A stretch of 62,357 nt of DNA from Pseudomonas phage 20Sep420. Every line of letters starts with the position of its first letter. Position 1 is the first letter of the stretch. Shown here piece after piece: positions 33,526 to 42,402 of this stretch. The notes beneath the pieces were generated by a model. That model was not told where the DNA came from, did no database searches, and saw nothing but the letters and a program-made list of their open reading frames with translations. The stretch lies in sequence record OQ319938.1; one strand, 5' to 3'. The translations under genes were made by a program, and so were the position numbers.

Positions 33526-35926
33526 GCCGAACGTGTACCGACCGAATTGGGCCAATATCCCGCTGGAACTGCGAGAACGTGCGCAGTGGTGCTTCACCAA
33601 CCCGAACGCCGAAGATGGTCAGAAAAAGGCACCGCGTAAGCGCGGTGGTTATCGTGCCAGCAAGACCGATCCTTCGCATTGGATGACCTTCGAAGAAGCC
33701 TGTTTCAACGCCGAGCAGTTCGGCGGGGAAGTTGGTTTCTGCCTGAGCGAGTCCGATCCGTTCACCTGTATTGACCTGGACGTAAAGAACTCCAAGACCC
33801 ATCCGGACAAGCCCTGGATGTGGACGACTCAGAGCGACATGGATCGCCACTGGAAGATCGCACAGACCTTCGACAGCTTTACCGAACTGTCCGCTGGCGG
33901 GTTGGGTCTCCACATCTGGCTTTACGGTGATGTTGGCAAGGGCGCCCATTTCGGGCCGACCGAAGTCTACTCCCGTGATGCGTTCATCATCTGCACCGGC
34001 AACGTGGTACTCCCGCGACTCATGGCTGCGAATGATGAGTTGTTGTCGATCCTGTATAACGAGATTCGCGAACAGCAGGGCGCGGTCATGGGCTATGACA
34101 ACCTTGCCGAGGGCGAGGAAGTCAAGAGCGACGACGATATCTTCCAGATTGGCATGTCCGCACAGAACGCAGACAAGTTCAATCACCTGTGCAGCCTGAA
34201 GGTTGAAGACGCCAGTAAGTTTTATCCTTCCAATTCGGAAGCTGACCTTGCGTTGCTGTCGATCTTTGCCTACTACACGAAGTCGAACAATCAGGTGAAG
34301 CGGCTGTTCCGCTATTGCCCGCTGTCGCATCGTGAGAAGTCCCAGGAGAACGACGTTTACCTCGACCGTACCCTGGCTGGTATTCGCCGCAAGCAAGCGG
34401 AGAACGAAGCCAAGACTGCGTACGTCGATAAGGCGACGTTGAACATCCTGGACAAGCATGTTCGCGAGGCACGTATCGCGCAAGAGATTGCGAAGAACGC
34501 GACTCCGACCAGCCCTGTCCCGACCAACATTCCGCCAGTACCTCCTACCCCGGAACAGATCATTTCCGATCTTACCGAGATTCCGTTGCCGTCCTACGTT
34601 ACCGAACAGATGGCGATTGAATTCCCGACCGGGAACCTTGGGCTGTTGGCACGTTGGATGACCGCGACTGCGCAACGTCCCATCGGCGAGATTGGCATCG
34701 CGTCGGCCCTGGCGTTCTATTCCGGCCTGTGCGGCCTGAAGTTCTCCATCAACGATTCCGGCCTCAATCTCTACATTGTGGTCATCGGTCGCTCGGGTAT
34801 CGGTAAGGAAAACCTTCACAACGCAATCGGTCGTGTGTGCAACGAAGTGCGAGGTACGGCAGCGACAATCGATAAGCGATTCGACAGCCAGGACTACCGT
34901 TCGCGCCCTGCGATGATGAAGGAGATTGCTCATCGTCGCAGCTACCTGCACCTGTTCAACGAGTGGGGCAAGATGCTCGAATCGATGAACAATGACCGTG
35001 ACCACAATGCTGCGGATATCCGCCGCACTATGCTGTCACTGTTCCATAAGAGTGACGTTGGCTCGGTTGTCGGCGGCGCGGCATATTCGGACAAGGAAAA
35101 GAACGTTGACCTGAACGGCCCGGCTTCCTACGCAATGGTTGGCGAAACCACTCCGGACACGTTCTATGCTGCCATCAGCGGCAGCATGTTCGAAGATGGT
35201 ACGTTCTCCCGATTCCTGCACATCGAAACCACGGCCAACCGTGGCCCGCTGAATCCGAACAGGGCGCATCCATTCCCGTCGCAATTGCAGGAATCGATTT
35301 CCAGTATTTCGAACCTGTTCTCCGATGACGTGTATTCGGACTCATCGCGAATCCCGGTTTTGATCCTGGACGAAGCCCGCAATCGCTACACCGAGTTGGA
35401 AAACGAGTTCACGGATATCATGAACGCCAACCCGGATGACACTGCAACTACGATGATGTACACCCGTGCGGGCATTAAGATTCTTCGTATTGCGGCACTA
35501 CTTGCCGTGTCGAACAATCACTCCACTCCCCAGGTCAGCCTGTCTCAGATCGAGTGGGCTTACAAGCTGGTGAAGCTGGACATTGATCGCACCATGGCAC
35601 GTGTCGCCGCAGGTGAAATCGGCACCGGTGAAATGAACCGGATCAAGATGGTTCGTTCCTCTATGCGACTGGCCTTCAAGAACATCGCAATGTTCGACGC
35701 TCGCCATCGCAACCTGATCAAGGACGGATTGATTCCGCTGTCTGTAATCCGTCAGCTGTGTGTCAAGTCGATCAACTTCAAGGATAAGGGCAACCTGAGT
35801 CCAACGAGGATGGTAGACATGGCATTGAACGCACTTGTTGACAGCGGTGATGTTATCGAAGTACCAAAACCCTCTCTCATTTCGCAGTACAACTACACCG
35901 GCAAAGCGTTCGCGCTGAAGGATTGA
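33467..35926 (+). CDS. DNA primase: N-terminal prim-pol domain with a C-terminal P-loop (D5/SF3-like) domain
   Basis: CIDLD and GLHIW prim-pol motifs. Walker A-like VVIGRSGIGKE. Start ambiguous: GTG at 33467 or GTG at 33533. Confidence 0.7.
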   Translation: MLKSKETSPHGPRPAIRTSEPNVYRPNWANIPLELRERAQWCFTNPNAEDGQKKAPRKRGGYRASKTDPSHWMTFEEACFNAEQFGGEVGFCLSESDPFTCIDLDVKNSKTHPDKPWMWTTQSDMDRHWKIAQTFDSFTELSAGGLGLHIWLYGDVGKGAHFGPTEVYSRDAFIICTGNVVLPRLMAANDELLSILYNEIREQQGAVMGYDNLAEGEEVKSDDDIFQIGMSAQNADKFNHLCSLKVEDASKFYPSNSEADLALLSIFAYYTKSNNQVKRLFRYCPLSHREKSQENDVYLDRTLAGIRRKQAENEAKTAYVDKATLNILDKHVREARIAQEIAKNATPTSPVPTNIPPVPPTPEQIISDLTEIPLPSYVTEQMAIEFPTGNLGLLARWMTATAQRPIGEIGIASALAFYSGLCGLKFSINDSGLNLYIVVIGRSGIGKENLHNAIGRVCNEVRGTAATIDKRFDSQDYRSRPAMMKEIAHRRSYLHLFNEWGKMLESMNNDRDHNAADIRRTMLSLFHKSDVGSVVGGAAYSDKEKNVDLNGPASYAMVGETTPDTFYAAISGSMFEDGTFSRFLHIETTANRGPLNPNRAHPFPSQLQESISSISNLFSDDVYSDSSRIPVLILDEARNRYTELENEFTDIMNANPDDTATTMMYTRAGIKILRIAALLAVSNNHSTPQVSLSQIEWAYKLVKLDIDRTMARVAAGEIGTGEMNRIKMVRSSMRLAFKNIAMFDARHRNLIKDGLIPLSVIRQLCVKSINFKDKGNLSPTRMVDMALNALVDSGDVIEVPKPSLISQYNYTGKAFALKD

Positions 35927-35927
35927 C

Positions 35928-36722
35928 ATGAACAACAACGAATATATCGAACTGGCCCAGGTTACGAATACCATCGACTACAAGGACGGAATGGGTCGTT
36001 TCCTGGTGGCAGAAATCCTGGGCAACATCATCGAAGCTGGTGGCGCACTGGACGCGGTGAAGAAGTTCCAGTTCTACGGTCGTGAGACGGAAGAAACGCA
36101 GGGTCTGTTGGACGTGCAGACCCATAGCGCGATCTACAGCACCGATGACTGGTGCGACATGATCGACTTCAACAAGTTGTTCCCGAACCTCAGCCGCGAA
36201 AGCGCATTGAAGGTCTACCACGGTGTAATCGGCAAGATCACCGAAGCTGTGGAACTGGCCGAAATGCTGCGCGAATCTTTGCTGACTGGCGAACCGGTTG
36301 ACACCACCAACCTGATCGAGGAGGTTGGCGATGGCATGTGGTACGACGCCAGCATCGCTAAGGGCCTGAACACTCCACTGGAAGCCTTCCAGACGATCAA
36401 CATCGAGAAGCTGAAGAAGCGCTTCGGTGGCAAGTTCGATGCTCACAAGGCGCAGCAGGAAAACCGTGACCTGGACGCCGAGCGCAAGATTCTGGAAGGT
36501 GGCGTCGGCAACGATTTGCCTGCCCGTGTGCAGCGAATGCTCGCAGAGTATAGCGAACTCGGGAACAAGGCCCGCAAGCTGGCCGTGTTCATCAATAGCG
36601 ACATGTTCAAGACCCTTTCGGCAAATGAACAACAGCTGATGTATGACCAGCACCATGGTATGTGCGTATACATGAAGGCCCTGGATTCGCGCATCGAAAT
36701 CGCAATTGCGAACGAGGGCTGA
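35928..36722 (+). CDS. MazG-like nucleotide pyrophosphohydrolase, 264 aa
   Basis: LIEEVGDGMWY (an EExGD motif) and the helix HGVIGKITEAVELAE. Confidence 0.4.
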   Translation: MNNNEYIELAQVTNTIDYKDGMGRFLVAEILGNIIEAGGALDAVKKFQFYGRETEETQGLLDVQTHSAIYSTDDWCDMIDFNKLFPNLSRESALKVYHGVIGKITEAVELAEMLRESLLTGEPVDTTNLIEEVGDGMWYDASIAKGLNTPLEAFQTINIEKLKKRFGGKFDAHKAQQENRDLDAERKILEGGVGNDLPARVQRMLAEYSELGNKARKLAVFINSDMFKTLSANEQQLMYDQHHGMCVYMKALDSRIEIAIANEG

Positions 36723-36796
36723 ACAAGTCCAGCAGCCCTATTGTGGTCAGGGTAATTCCTGGCTACAGTAGGGCCACCTAACCACAGGAGTACGTC

Positions 36797-37207
36797 ATGG
36801 AACACGATCTGCCGAAAGAACTCTCCGACAAGTTGCAGGAATACCTGCGTGTGAACAAGGAAGCCGGTATCCTGGCCGATAAGGCTAAGAAATTGCGCCT
36901 CGAAATCGCGAAGATGGCTTTCCCGGACCCGCGTGAGGGCAGCAACACCCTTGCCCTGGGTAACGGCTACAAGCTGAAGGTGGAACACAAGATCAATCGA
37001 CGAATTGACGTGGCCGCGCTCACGATGTTCAAGGACACCTTCGAAGGGGCCGATATCAAGGTCGATGATCTTGTTCGCTACAAGCCAGAACTGACTGTCG
37101 GCAACTTCAAGAAGCTGTCGGAAGAGAAGCAGCGCATCTTCGGCCAGTGCCTGACCATCACTGAAGGCACGCCGACCGTCGAACTGGTCGAGCCGAAGGC
37201 GAAGTAA
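36797..37207 (+). CDS. hypothetical protein, 136 aa
   Basis: ACCACAGGAGTA RBS. Confidence 0.5.
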   Translation: MEHDLPKELSDKLQEYLRVNKEAGILADKAKKLRLEIAKMAFPDPREGSNTLALGNGYKLKVEHKINRRIDVAALTMFKDTFEGADIKVDDLVRYKPELTVGNFKKLSEEKQRIFGQCLTITEGTPTVELVEPKAK

Positions 37208-37273
37208 GCAAGCGTTCAGACTGAGGGTTGCATACTGTAACCCTCAACCCAACCACAACCAGGAGTTAGCAAC

Positions 37274-37516
37274 ATGGCACGTACCGCAACCAAGACCAAG
37301 GCCCCGACCGCAGTCCCGCAGACTGTGATCCACGAAATCAACGAGAAGGGGCAGCATCGCATCGTCGTGATCGGCACCCATTCTGACAAGGGCGAGTGGG
37401 TCGGACACACCGAAATCGCCTGCCTGGGCGCCTACCGCGCAACGACCGAGTTCTACAAGGGCGTCCTGCCGCAGGGCGTTTTCAAGACCGCTGGCGTCGC
37501 CTTCATCGCGATGTAA
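37274..37516 (+). CDS. hypothetical protein, 80 aa
   Basis: AGGAG RBS. Confidence 0.5.
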   Translation: MARTATKTKAPTAVPQTVIHEINEKGQHRIVVIGTHSDKGEWVGHTEIACLGAYRATTEFYKGVLPQGVFKTAGVAFIAM

Positions 37517-37523
37517 CCATCCA

Positions 37524-37599
37524 GCCGCCTTAGCTCAGTCGGTAGAGCAGCTACCTTGTAAGTAGACGGTCAGGGGTTCGAATCCTCTAGGCGGCACCA
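37524..37599 (+). tRNA. tRNA-Thr (anticodon UGU)
   Basis: I folded this by hand. 7-bp acceptor stem GCCGCCT/AGGCGGC, D arm GCTCAGTCGGTAGAGC, anticodon loop CTTGTAA, T arm AGGGGTTCGAATCCTCT, and CCA. Confidence 0.7.
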
Positions 37600-37610
37600 C
37601 TGGAACGGAC

Positions 37611-37841
37611 ATGAAGATCGAAACCAAGTTCTCCCTCGAAGATAAAGTAGTTGACGAAACTCGCACCTACGACTTCGAGAACGAAGGCGTCATCTACCGC
37701 ATCGAGTTCGAAAAGCGCGGAATCTTCTACGCAGTTCGCGGGAAGAATCGCAGCTGGCTCGCAAAGGAAGGTGCCCTTACGTTGAAGAGGGACTTCAAGC
37801 CCAATCTGCCGGTGGGTATGGAACCCGGTGAAATGGCATGA
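37611..37841 (+). CDS. hypothetical protein, 76 aa
   Basis: Compact ORF. Confidence 0.45.
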   Translation: MKIETKFSLEDKVVDETRTYDFENEGVIYRIEFEKRGIFYAVRGKNRSWLAKEGALTLKRDFKPNLPVGMEPGEMA

Positions 37842-38065
37842 GGTTTCTTAACCTCGACTACCACGGGGACGAAGTAGCCGACATTACCTTCAATGGTAAG
37901 CCGGTCCCCGCCAGTTTGGTCCGCATGGCGGATGACAAAACCGGCGAACTGTGCTTCTATGTACTGGATTCGCAGAAGCGTTTCCAGTACGACATGACCA
38001 CAAGGGATGCCAAGGTCCATACGGTCCAGGGCGTCGTTACAATCAACATCAAGGCGAAGCCATGA
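37838..38065 (+). CDS. hypothetical protein, 75 aa
   Basis: ATGA overlap. Confidence 0.45.
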   Translation: MRFLNLDYHGDEVADITFNGKPVPASLVRMADDKTGELCFYVLDSQKRFQYDMTTRDAKVHTVQGVVTINIKAKP

Positions 38066-38466
38066 ACCCCAACCCCGGAAACTTCCTCGAAACCGCAGCC
38101 AAGGAAAAGCTGGCCGATATGCCACTGTTCAACGGCTTCAGCGACATGGACTTTGGTCGCATGCTTGAACTCATGCAGCAGCCGGTGCGAGCCATCGATA
38201 CCTGCATGGGCAAGGAACAGCTGCGCACCGTGGCTCGGCAGATGCTGGTCCAGAACCTCGCGTTGCAGACCCAGGTCCGCAACCTTCAGATCGAAGTGCA
38301 GAACAACTCCCAGGCTTTCGAAGAAGCTTTCGAAGAACTGGACAAGGGCGTCGCCCTGATGACCGACTACAACGGCATCGAAGACCTCATGATGAAGCTG
38401 GCCGAAGAACAGGACATTGCTGCGGCGAACGCAGAAGTCCAGGGTCAGCTGGCACTGGAAGGCTGA
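38062..38466 (+). CDS. hypothetical protein, 134 aa
   Basis: ATGA overlap. Confidence 0.5.
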   Translation: MNPNPGNFLETAAKEKLADMPLFNGFSDMDFGRMLELMQQPVRAIDTCMGKEQLRTVARQMLVQNLALQTQVRNLQIEVQNNSQAFEEAFEELDKGVALMTDYNGIEDLMMKLAEEQDIAAANAEVQGQLALEG

Positions 38467-38468
38467 AC

Positions 38469-39416
38469 ATGACCAAGCCCTTCAAACCAATGAAGGCAAC
38501 GGACGCGGACCTGAGCAAGGTCCGCTTTCCGTGTGTCGTCATGCCGAAAATCGACGGCGTTCGCGGACTCAACATTGGCGGCGAAGCATTCTCCCGGACG
38601 CTGAAACCGATCCGCAACCACTACACCCGCAACTTCTTCAGCGATGAGCGACTGGAAGGTCTTGACGGTGAAATGGCGGCTGAGGCTCCGAACCATCCGC
38701 GACTTGTCAACCTGACTTCAAGTGCTACTTCGTCGCATGATGGCGAACCGTTCATCCAGTGGTGGATTTTCGACTACACCACGAACCCCGACCTTCCATA
38801 CCTCGAACGTCTGGACTTGGCCGAACGCCGCATTGAAGCGGTGAACAAGGTCACTCCGAAGTATCGCATGCACCTGCGGCTGGTTCCGTGGCGCCTGTGC
38901 AAGAACATGGAAGAACTCCTGGCTTATGAAGAGGAACTCCTGGACAAAGGCTATGAGGGTATCATCATCCGTGACCCGGATGGACGCTACAAGCATGGCC
39001 GCAGTACCGTTCGCGAAGGCGGATACCTGCGCGTGAAGCGATACGTCGAAGAACTCTTTGTGGTCACGGCTGTTGAGTGCGCCATGGAGAACACCAACGA
39101 AGCTACCGTGAATGAACTCGGCCATACCAAGCGCTCGACTGCCCAGGCTGGAATGGTACCGAAGGAAATGATCGGCAGGATTCATGGCAAGTGGGCGAAG
39201 GATGTTGAATGGAACGGTAAGGTTCTGTTCAGCAAGGATGAGCCAGTATTGATGGGGCCAGGGAACATGACCCACGACGAACGGGAGTTCTACTGGCGCA
39301 ATCAGCATCTGTTCATCGGCAAGCTGGGAAAATGCAAGACCTTCCCCATCGGTGTGAAGGACAAGCCTCGATTCCCACTGTTCCAAACATTAGTCAGCGA
39401 GGACGATATCGGTTGA
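38469..39416 (+). CDS. ATP-dependent DNA ligase
   Basis: Adenylation motif I PKIDGVRG (KxDG). EGIIIRDP and LRVKRY motifs. Confidence 0.75.
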   Translation: MTKPFKPMKATDADLSKVRFPCVVMPKIDGVRGLNIGGEAFSRTLKPIRNHYTRNFFSDERLEGLDGEMAAEAPNHPRLVNLTSSATSSHDGEPFIQWWIFDYTTNPDLPYLERLDLAERRIEAVNKVTPKYRMHLRLVPWRLCKNMEELLAYEEELLDKGYEGIIIRDPDGRYKHGRSTVREGGYLRVKRYVEELFVVTAVECAMENTNEATVNELGHTKRSTAQAGMVPKEMIGRIHGKWAKDVEWNGKVLFSKDEPVLMGPGNMTHDEREFYWRNQHLFIGKLGKCKTFPIGVKDKPRFPLFQTLVSEDDIG

Positions 39417-39466
39417 CAAGTTAGCATCAACCATGTAAGATAACCAAGCCCAACGGAGTAACCACA

Positions 39467-40189
39467 ATGGCAATCAGGCTGGAAACAGCATCACAGCAGA
39501 CAGCGAACAACGGGGTGAAAATCCTCGTACATGGTCGCTCGGGCATGGGTAAGACCGTGCTTTCGGCAACCCTGGGTCAGCGCACCATCATGGTGTCGGC
39601 TGAAGCTGGCGCACTGTCGCTGCAACGCAAGAACCTGGAACGCATTTACGGCGTCGGCAATCCGGATATCAACTACGACATGCACATCATCGTCGTTGAA
39701 ACCGTCTCCGACTTCCACGATGCGTACGACTGGATCATGAGCGAATATGGAAAGGGTTATGAGGCTGTCGCCATCGACTCCCTGTCCGAAATCGCCGAAA
39801 AGATCCTCGCCAATGAAAAGGCGAAGAACAAGGACGGTCGTATGGCGTACGGCAACGCTGCGGAAGAGATTGAGAAAATCGTCCGCAAGTTCCGCGACAT
39901 TCCGAACAAGACGGTCTACATGTCGGCGAAGACCGAAATGTTGGTCGATGGCAACGGCGGCGGGATGAAGTATTTCCCGATGATGCCGGGCAAGAAGACG
40001 GGTCAGATTCTTGACTACTTCTTCGACGAAGTGTTCTACTTCGACACGTACAAGCACGAAGACGGCAAGGTCTATCGTGTGCTGCACACCCAGGTGAATG
40101 ACACTTTCACCGCCAAAGACCGCTCCGGCGCGCTCGACGCAATGGAAGCACCGAACCTCTCCGCAATCATCCGTAAGATCAAGGGCTAA
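39467..40189 (+). CDS. Sak4-like (AAA_24) recombination ATPase
   Basis: Walker A GRSGMGKT. About 240 aa. Confidence 0.6.
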   Translation: MAIRLETASQQTANNGVKILVHGRSGMGKTVLSATLGQRTIMVSAEAGALSLQRKNLERIYGVGNPDINYDMHIIVVETVSDFHDAYDWIMSEYGKGYEAVAIDSLSEIAEKILANEKAKNKDGRMAYGNAAEEIEKIVRKFRDIPNKTVYMSAKTEMLVDGNGGGMKYFPMMPGKKTGQILDYFFDEVFYFDTYKHEDGKVYRVLHTQVNDTFTAKDRSGALDAMEAPNLSAIIRKIKG

Positions 40190-40194
40190 TAGCT

Positions 40195-41154
40195 ATGAAC
40201 TCCATTTTCTCCCGTGCTAACATCGCCGCTGACGAACGCTTCGACGGCCAGTCCACCTTCGATGGCAAGCCGCTGGACCCGCAGTGGTACGCTGTCTCCT
40301 TCCTGGAAACCAAGGTCGATACCCGCAACAACGGCGCCAGCAAGGTGATCGCACACAAGCTGGAAACCACTGGCAAGTACAGCCCCGGTCGCTGGCTGTT
40401 CCTGGACCTGTGCTTCGAAGGTGGCAACGAAGGCTACATGGCCCTGGGCCGCAAGATCGCTGGCTCGATCATGGAAGCCACGAACGTGGACAACCTGTCG
40501 CTGACCGGCGCCGAACTGGCTGGCAAGATGATGGCCGTCCGTGTGACCGTGCAGGAAAGCACGCAGACCAACGACGACGGCTCGAAGAAGCTGCGCAACA
40601 ACGTGGTGGGCATCATGCCGGTGTCCCAGCTGGAAGCGCTGCGCGCTGAACACGACGCCAAATTCGGCACTGCGGTGAAGACCTCCGGCAAGGCCAGCGA
40701 GCCGACCAAGCAGAACAGCACCCCGACCGGTACCCTGCCCCCGCCGTCCTTCGGTGGCGCTGCACCGGCCCAGGAAGCCCCGGCACCGGCTGCGGATACC
40801 GGCGTGGCCGAAGTCCCAGCAGCGTTCGCCCAGCAGCCGTGGAACAAGCCGGAAGAGGCAGCGGCTCCGGCCCAGGCTCCGGTCGCTCCCCCGGTCGAAG
40901 CTCCGGCTCCGGTTGCCGCTCCTGCCCCGGCCCCGACGTGGCAGACCGATGGCTGGACCCAGCACCCGAGCAGCGAGCCGCACTGCTACAAGGGCCAGGT
41001 CTGCAAGACCAAGGCCGAGGTCGATGCTGAACTGGCCGCTGCGCACGCCGCCACCCAGGCCGCTCCGGTCGCCCCGGCTGCACCGAGCGCTCCGGCTCCG
41101 GAAGCCACCCCTGCCGCTGGCGCCCCGCCGTGGGCCTCCGCTCCGGCTCCGTAA
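40195..41154 (+). CDS. putative ssDNA-binding protein with a Pro/Ala-rich C-terminal tail
   Basis: Globular N-terminal domain of about 160 aa followed by about 150 aa of PA-rich low complexity. Position between the Sak4-like ATPase and the nuclease. Confidence 0.4.
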   Translation: MNSIFSRANIAADERFDGQSTFDGKPLDPQWYAVSFLETKVDTRNNGASKVIAHKLETTGKYSPGRWLFLDLCFEGGNEGYMALGRKIAGSIMEATNVDNLSLTGAELAGKMMAVRVTVQESTQTNDDGSKKLRNNVVGIMPVSQLEALRAEHDAKFGTAVKTSGKASEPTKQNSTPTGTLPPPSFGGAAPAQEAPAPAADTGVAEVPAAFAQQPWNKPEEAAAPAQAPVAPPVEAPAPVAAPAPAPTWQTDGWTQHPSSEPHCYKGQVCKTKAEVDAELAAAHAATQAAPVAPAAPSAPAPEATPAAGAPPWASAPAP

Positions 41155-41174
41155 GAAACCGGCCTAAGTAAACG

Positions 41175-41203
41175 AAACCCCGTCAGCGATGGCGGGGTTT
41201 TTC
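41175..41203 (+). terminator. rho-independent terminator
   Basis: ACCCCGTC AGCGAT GGCGGGGT followed by TTTTT. Confidence 0.6.
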
Positions 41204-41214
41204 AGGATAAAGAT

Positions 41215-41427
41215 ATGAGCGATATTGTTGACACTGCCGCCGCAACCATCGAAATTCAGACCGATGCTGCAATCAGCCGCGTTCGCGGCGCAACCTTCGA
41301 AGTAGGCCAGCCCGGCGAATGTGACCTCTGTGGTTATGAGTTTTCCCGTGTCGTTGACCGAACCTACAATGGCGAACCTGTGAAGTCGTGCGGTGGGTGC
41401 CGCGACTTGTTCGCACTGGATAAGTGA
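41215..41427 (+). CDS. C4 zinc-ribbon protein (TraR/DksA-like), 70 aa
   Basis: CDLCG...CGGC. Confidence 0.45.
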   Translation: MSDIVDTAAATIEIQTDAAISRVRGATFEVGQPGECDLCGYEFSRVVDRTYNGEPVKSCGGCRDLFALDK

Positions 41428-42401
41428 TGGCGATTTACATCGCAGACAAAACCCTGGCAGCAATCAACCGCGTCATGACTGCTGACCAAGGTGGATCGTT
41501 CCGTGAGTGGGAAGGTAAGATCATGCCCCACATGGATGACGCATGGCGCGGTAGCGAGGAACCCTTCCGTAGCCACATGGGTGCTTCTCTGATCGGCGGC
41601 GACTGCGCCCGAGCGGTGTGGTTGTCCTGGCATTGGGTTACTCGACCGAAGTTCGACGGGCGCATGCTTCGTCTGTTCAATCGCGGACACATGGAAGAAG
41701 CCCGCTTCCTGGCTATGCTTCAGGCTATCGGATGCCATGCGGCTAATCAGGACGAGAACGGTAAGCAGTGGCGCATCAGTGGTGGGGGTGGGCACTTCGG
41801 CGGATCGGGTGACGGCAAGGCATTCGGACTGCCCGACGTGAACCACGGACAGGTCGTGTTGCTCGAATTCAAGACCCACAGCGAGAAGAGTTTCAACAAG
41901 CTGGCGGGCACTGGATGGAGTGCATACCTTGAAGACCTGTACGCTGGAAAGAAGGGCATGTTCAACGGCAAGGGTGTTCGCGAGGCGAAGCCGCAGCATT
42001 ACACTCAGATGCAGATTTACATGCGCAAGATGGGGTACGAAGTAACCCTGTATGCGGCGGTGAACAAGAACACCGATGAAATCTACATGGAACTGGTTCT
42101 GCTGAATCCGGAACATGCGGATCGGTACCTTGATCTTGCCGAGACACTGGTTCGCATGGAAGAGGCCCCTAAGCGAATCAGCAAGAACCCCGGTTGGTTC
42201 ACGTGCAAGTGGTGCGATCACCAACGGGTATGCCACAAGCTCGGCGGTGTTCCTGATCGCAACTGCCGCACATGCAAGTTCGCAAGTCCGATCATGGGCA
42301 ACGGCGAATGGCTGTGCAAGAAAACCGGGGAAATTCTCCCCAAGGAAAAGCAGTTCATCGGCTGCACTGAGTACATCGTCAACCCACTGATCACTGACTG
42401 A
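41424..42401 (+). CDS. Cas4-like PD-(D/E)xK exonuclease with Fe-S cysteines
   Basis: LLEFK (ExK), QMQIY (QxxxY), an N-terminal Cys, and C-terminal CKWCDHQRVC (C-x2-C-x5-C). Confidence 0.6.
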   Translation: MMAIYIADKTLAAINRVMTADQGGSFREWEGKIMPHMDDAWRGSEEPFRSHMGASLIGGDCARAVWLSWHWVTRPKFDGRMLRLFNRGHMEEARFLAMLQAIGCHAANQDENGKQWRISGGGGHFGGSGDGKAFGLPDVNHGQVVLLEFKTHSEKSFNKLAGTGWSAYLEDLYAGKKGMFNGKGVREAKPQHYTQMQIYMRKMGYEVTLYAAVNKNTDEIYMELVLLNPEHADRYLDLAETLVRMEEAPKRISKNPGWFTCKWCDHQRVCHKLGGVPDRNCRTCKFASPIMGNGEWLCKKTGEILPKEKQFIGCTEYIVNPLITD

Positions 42402-42402
42402 T

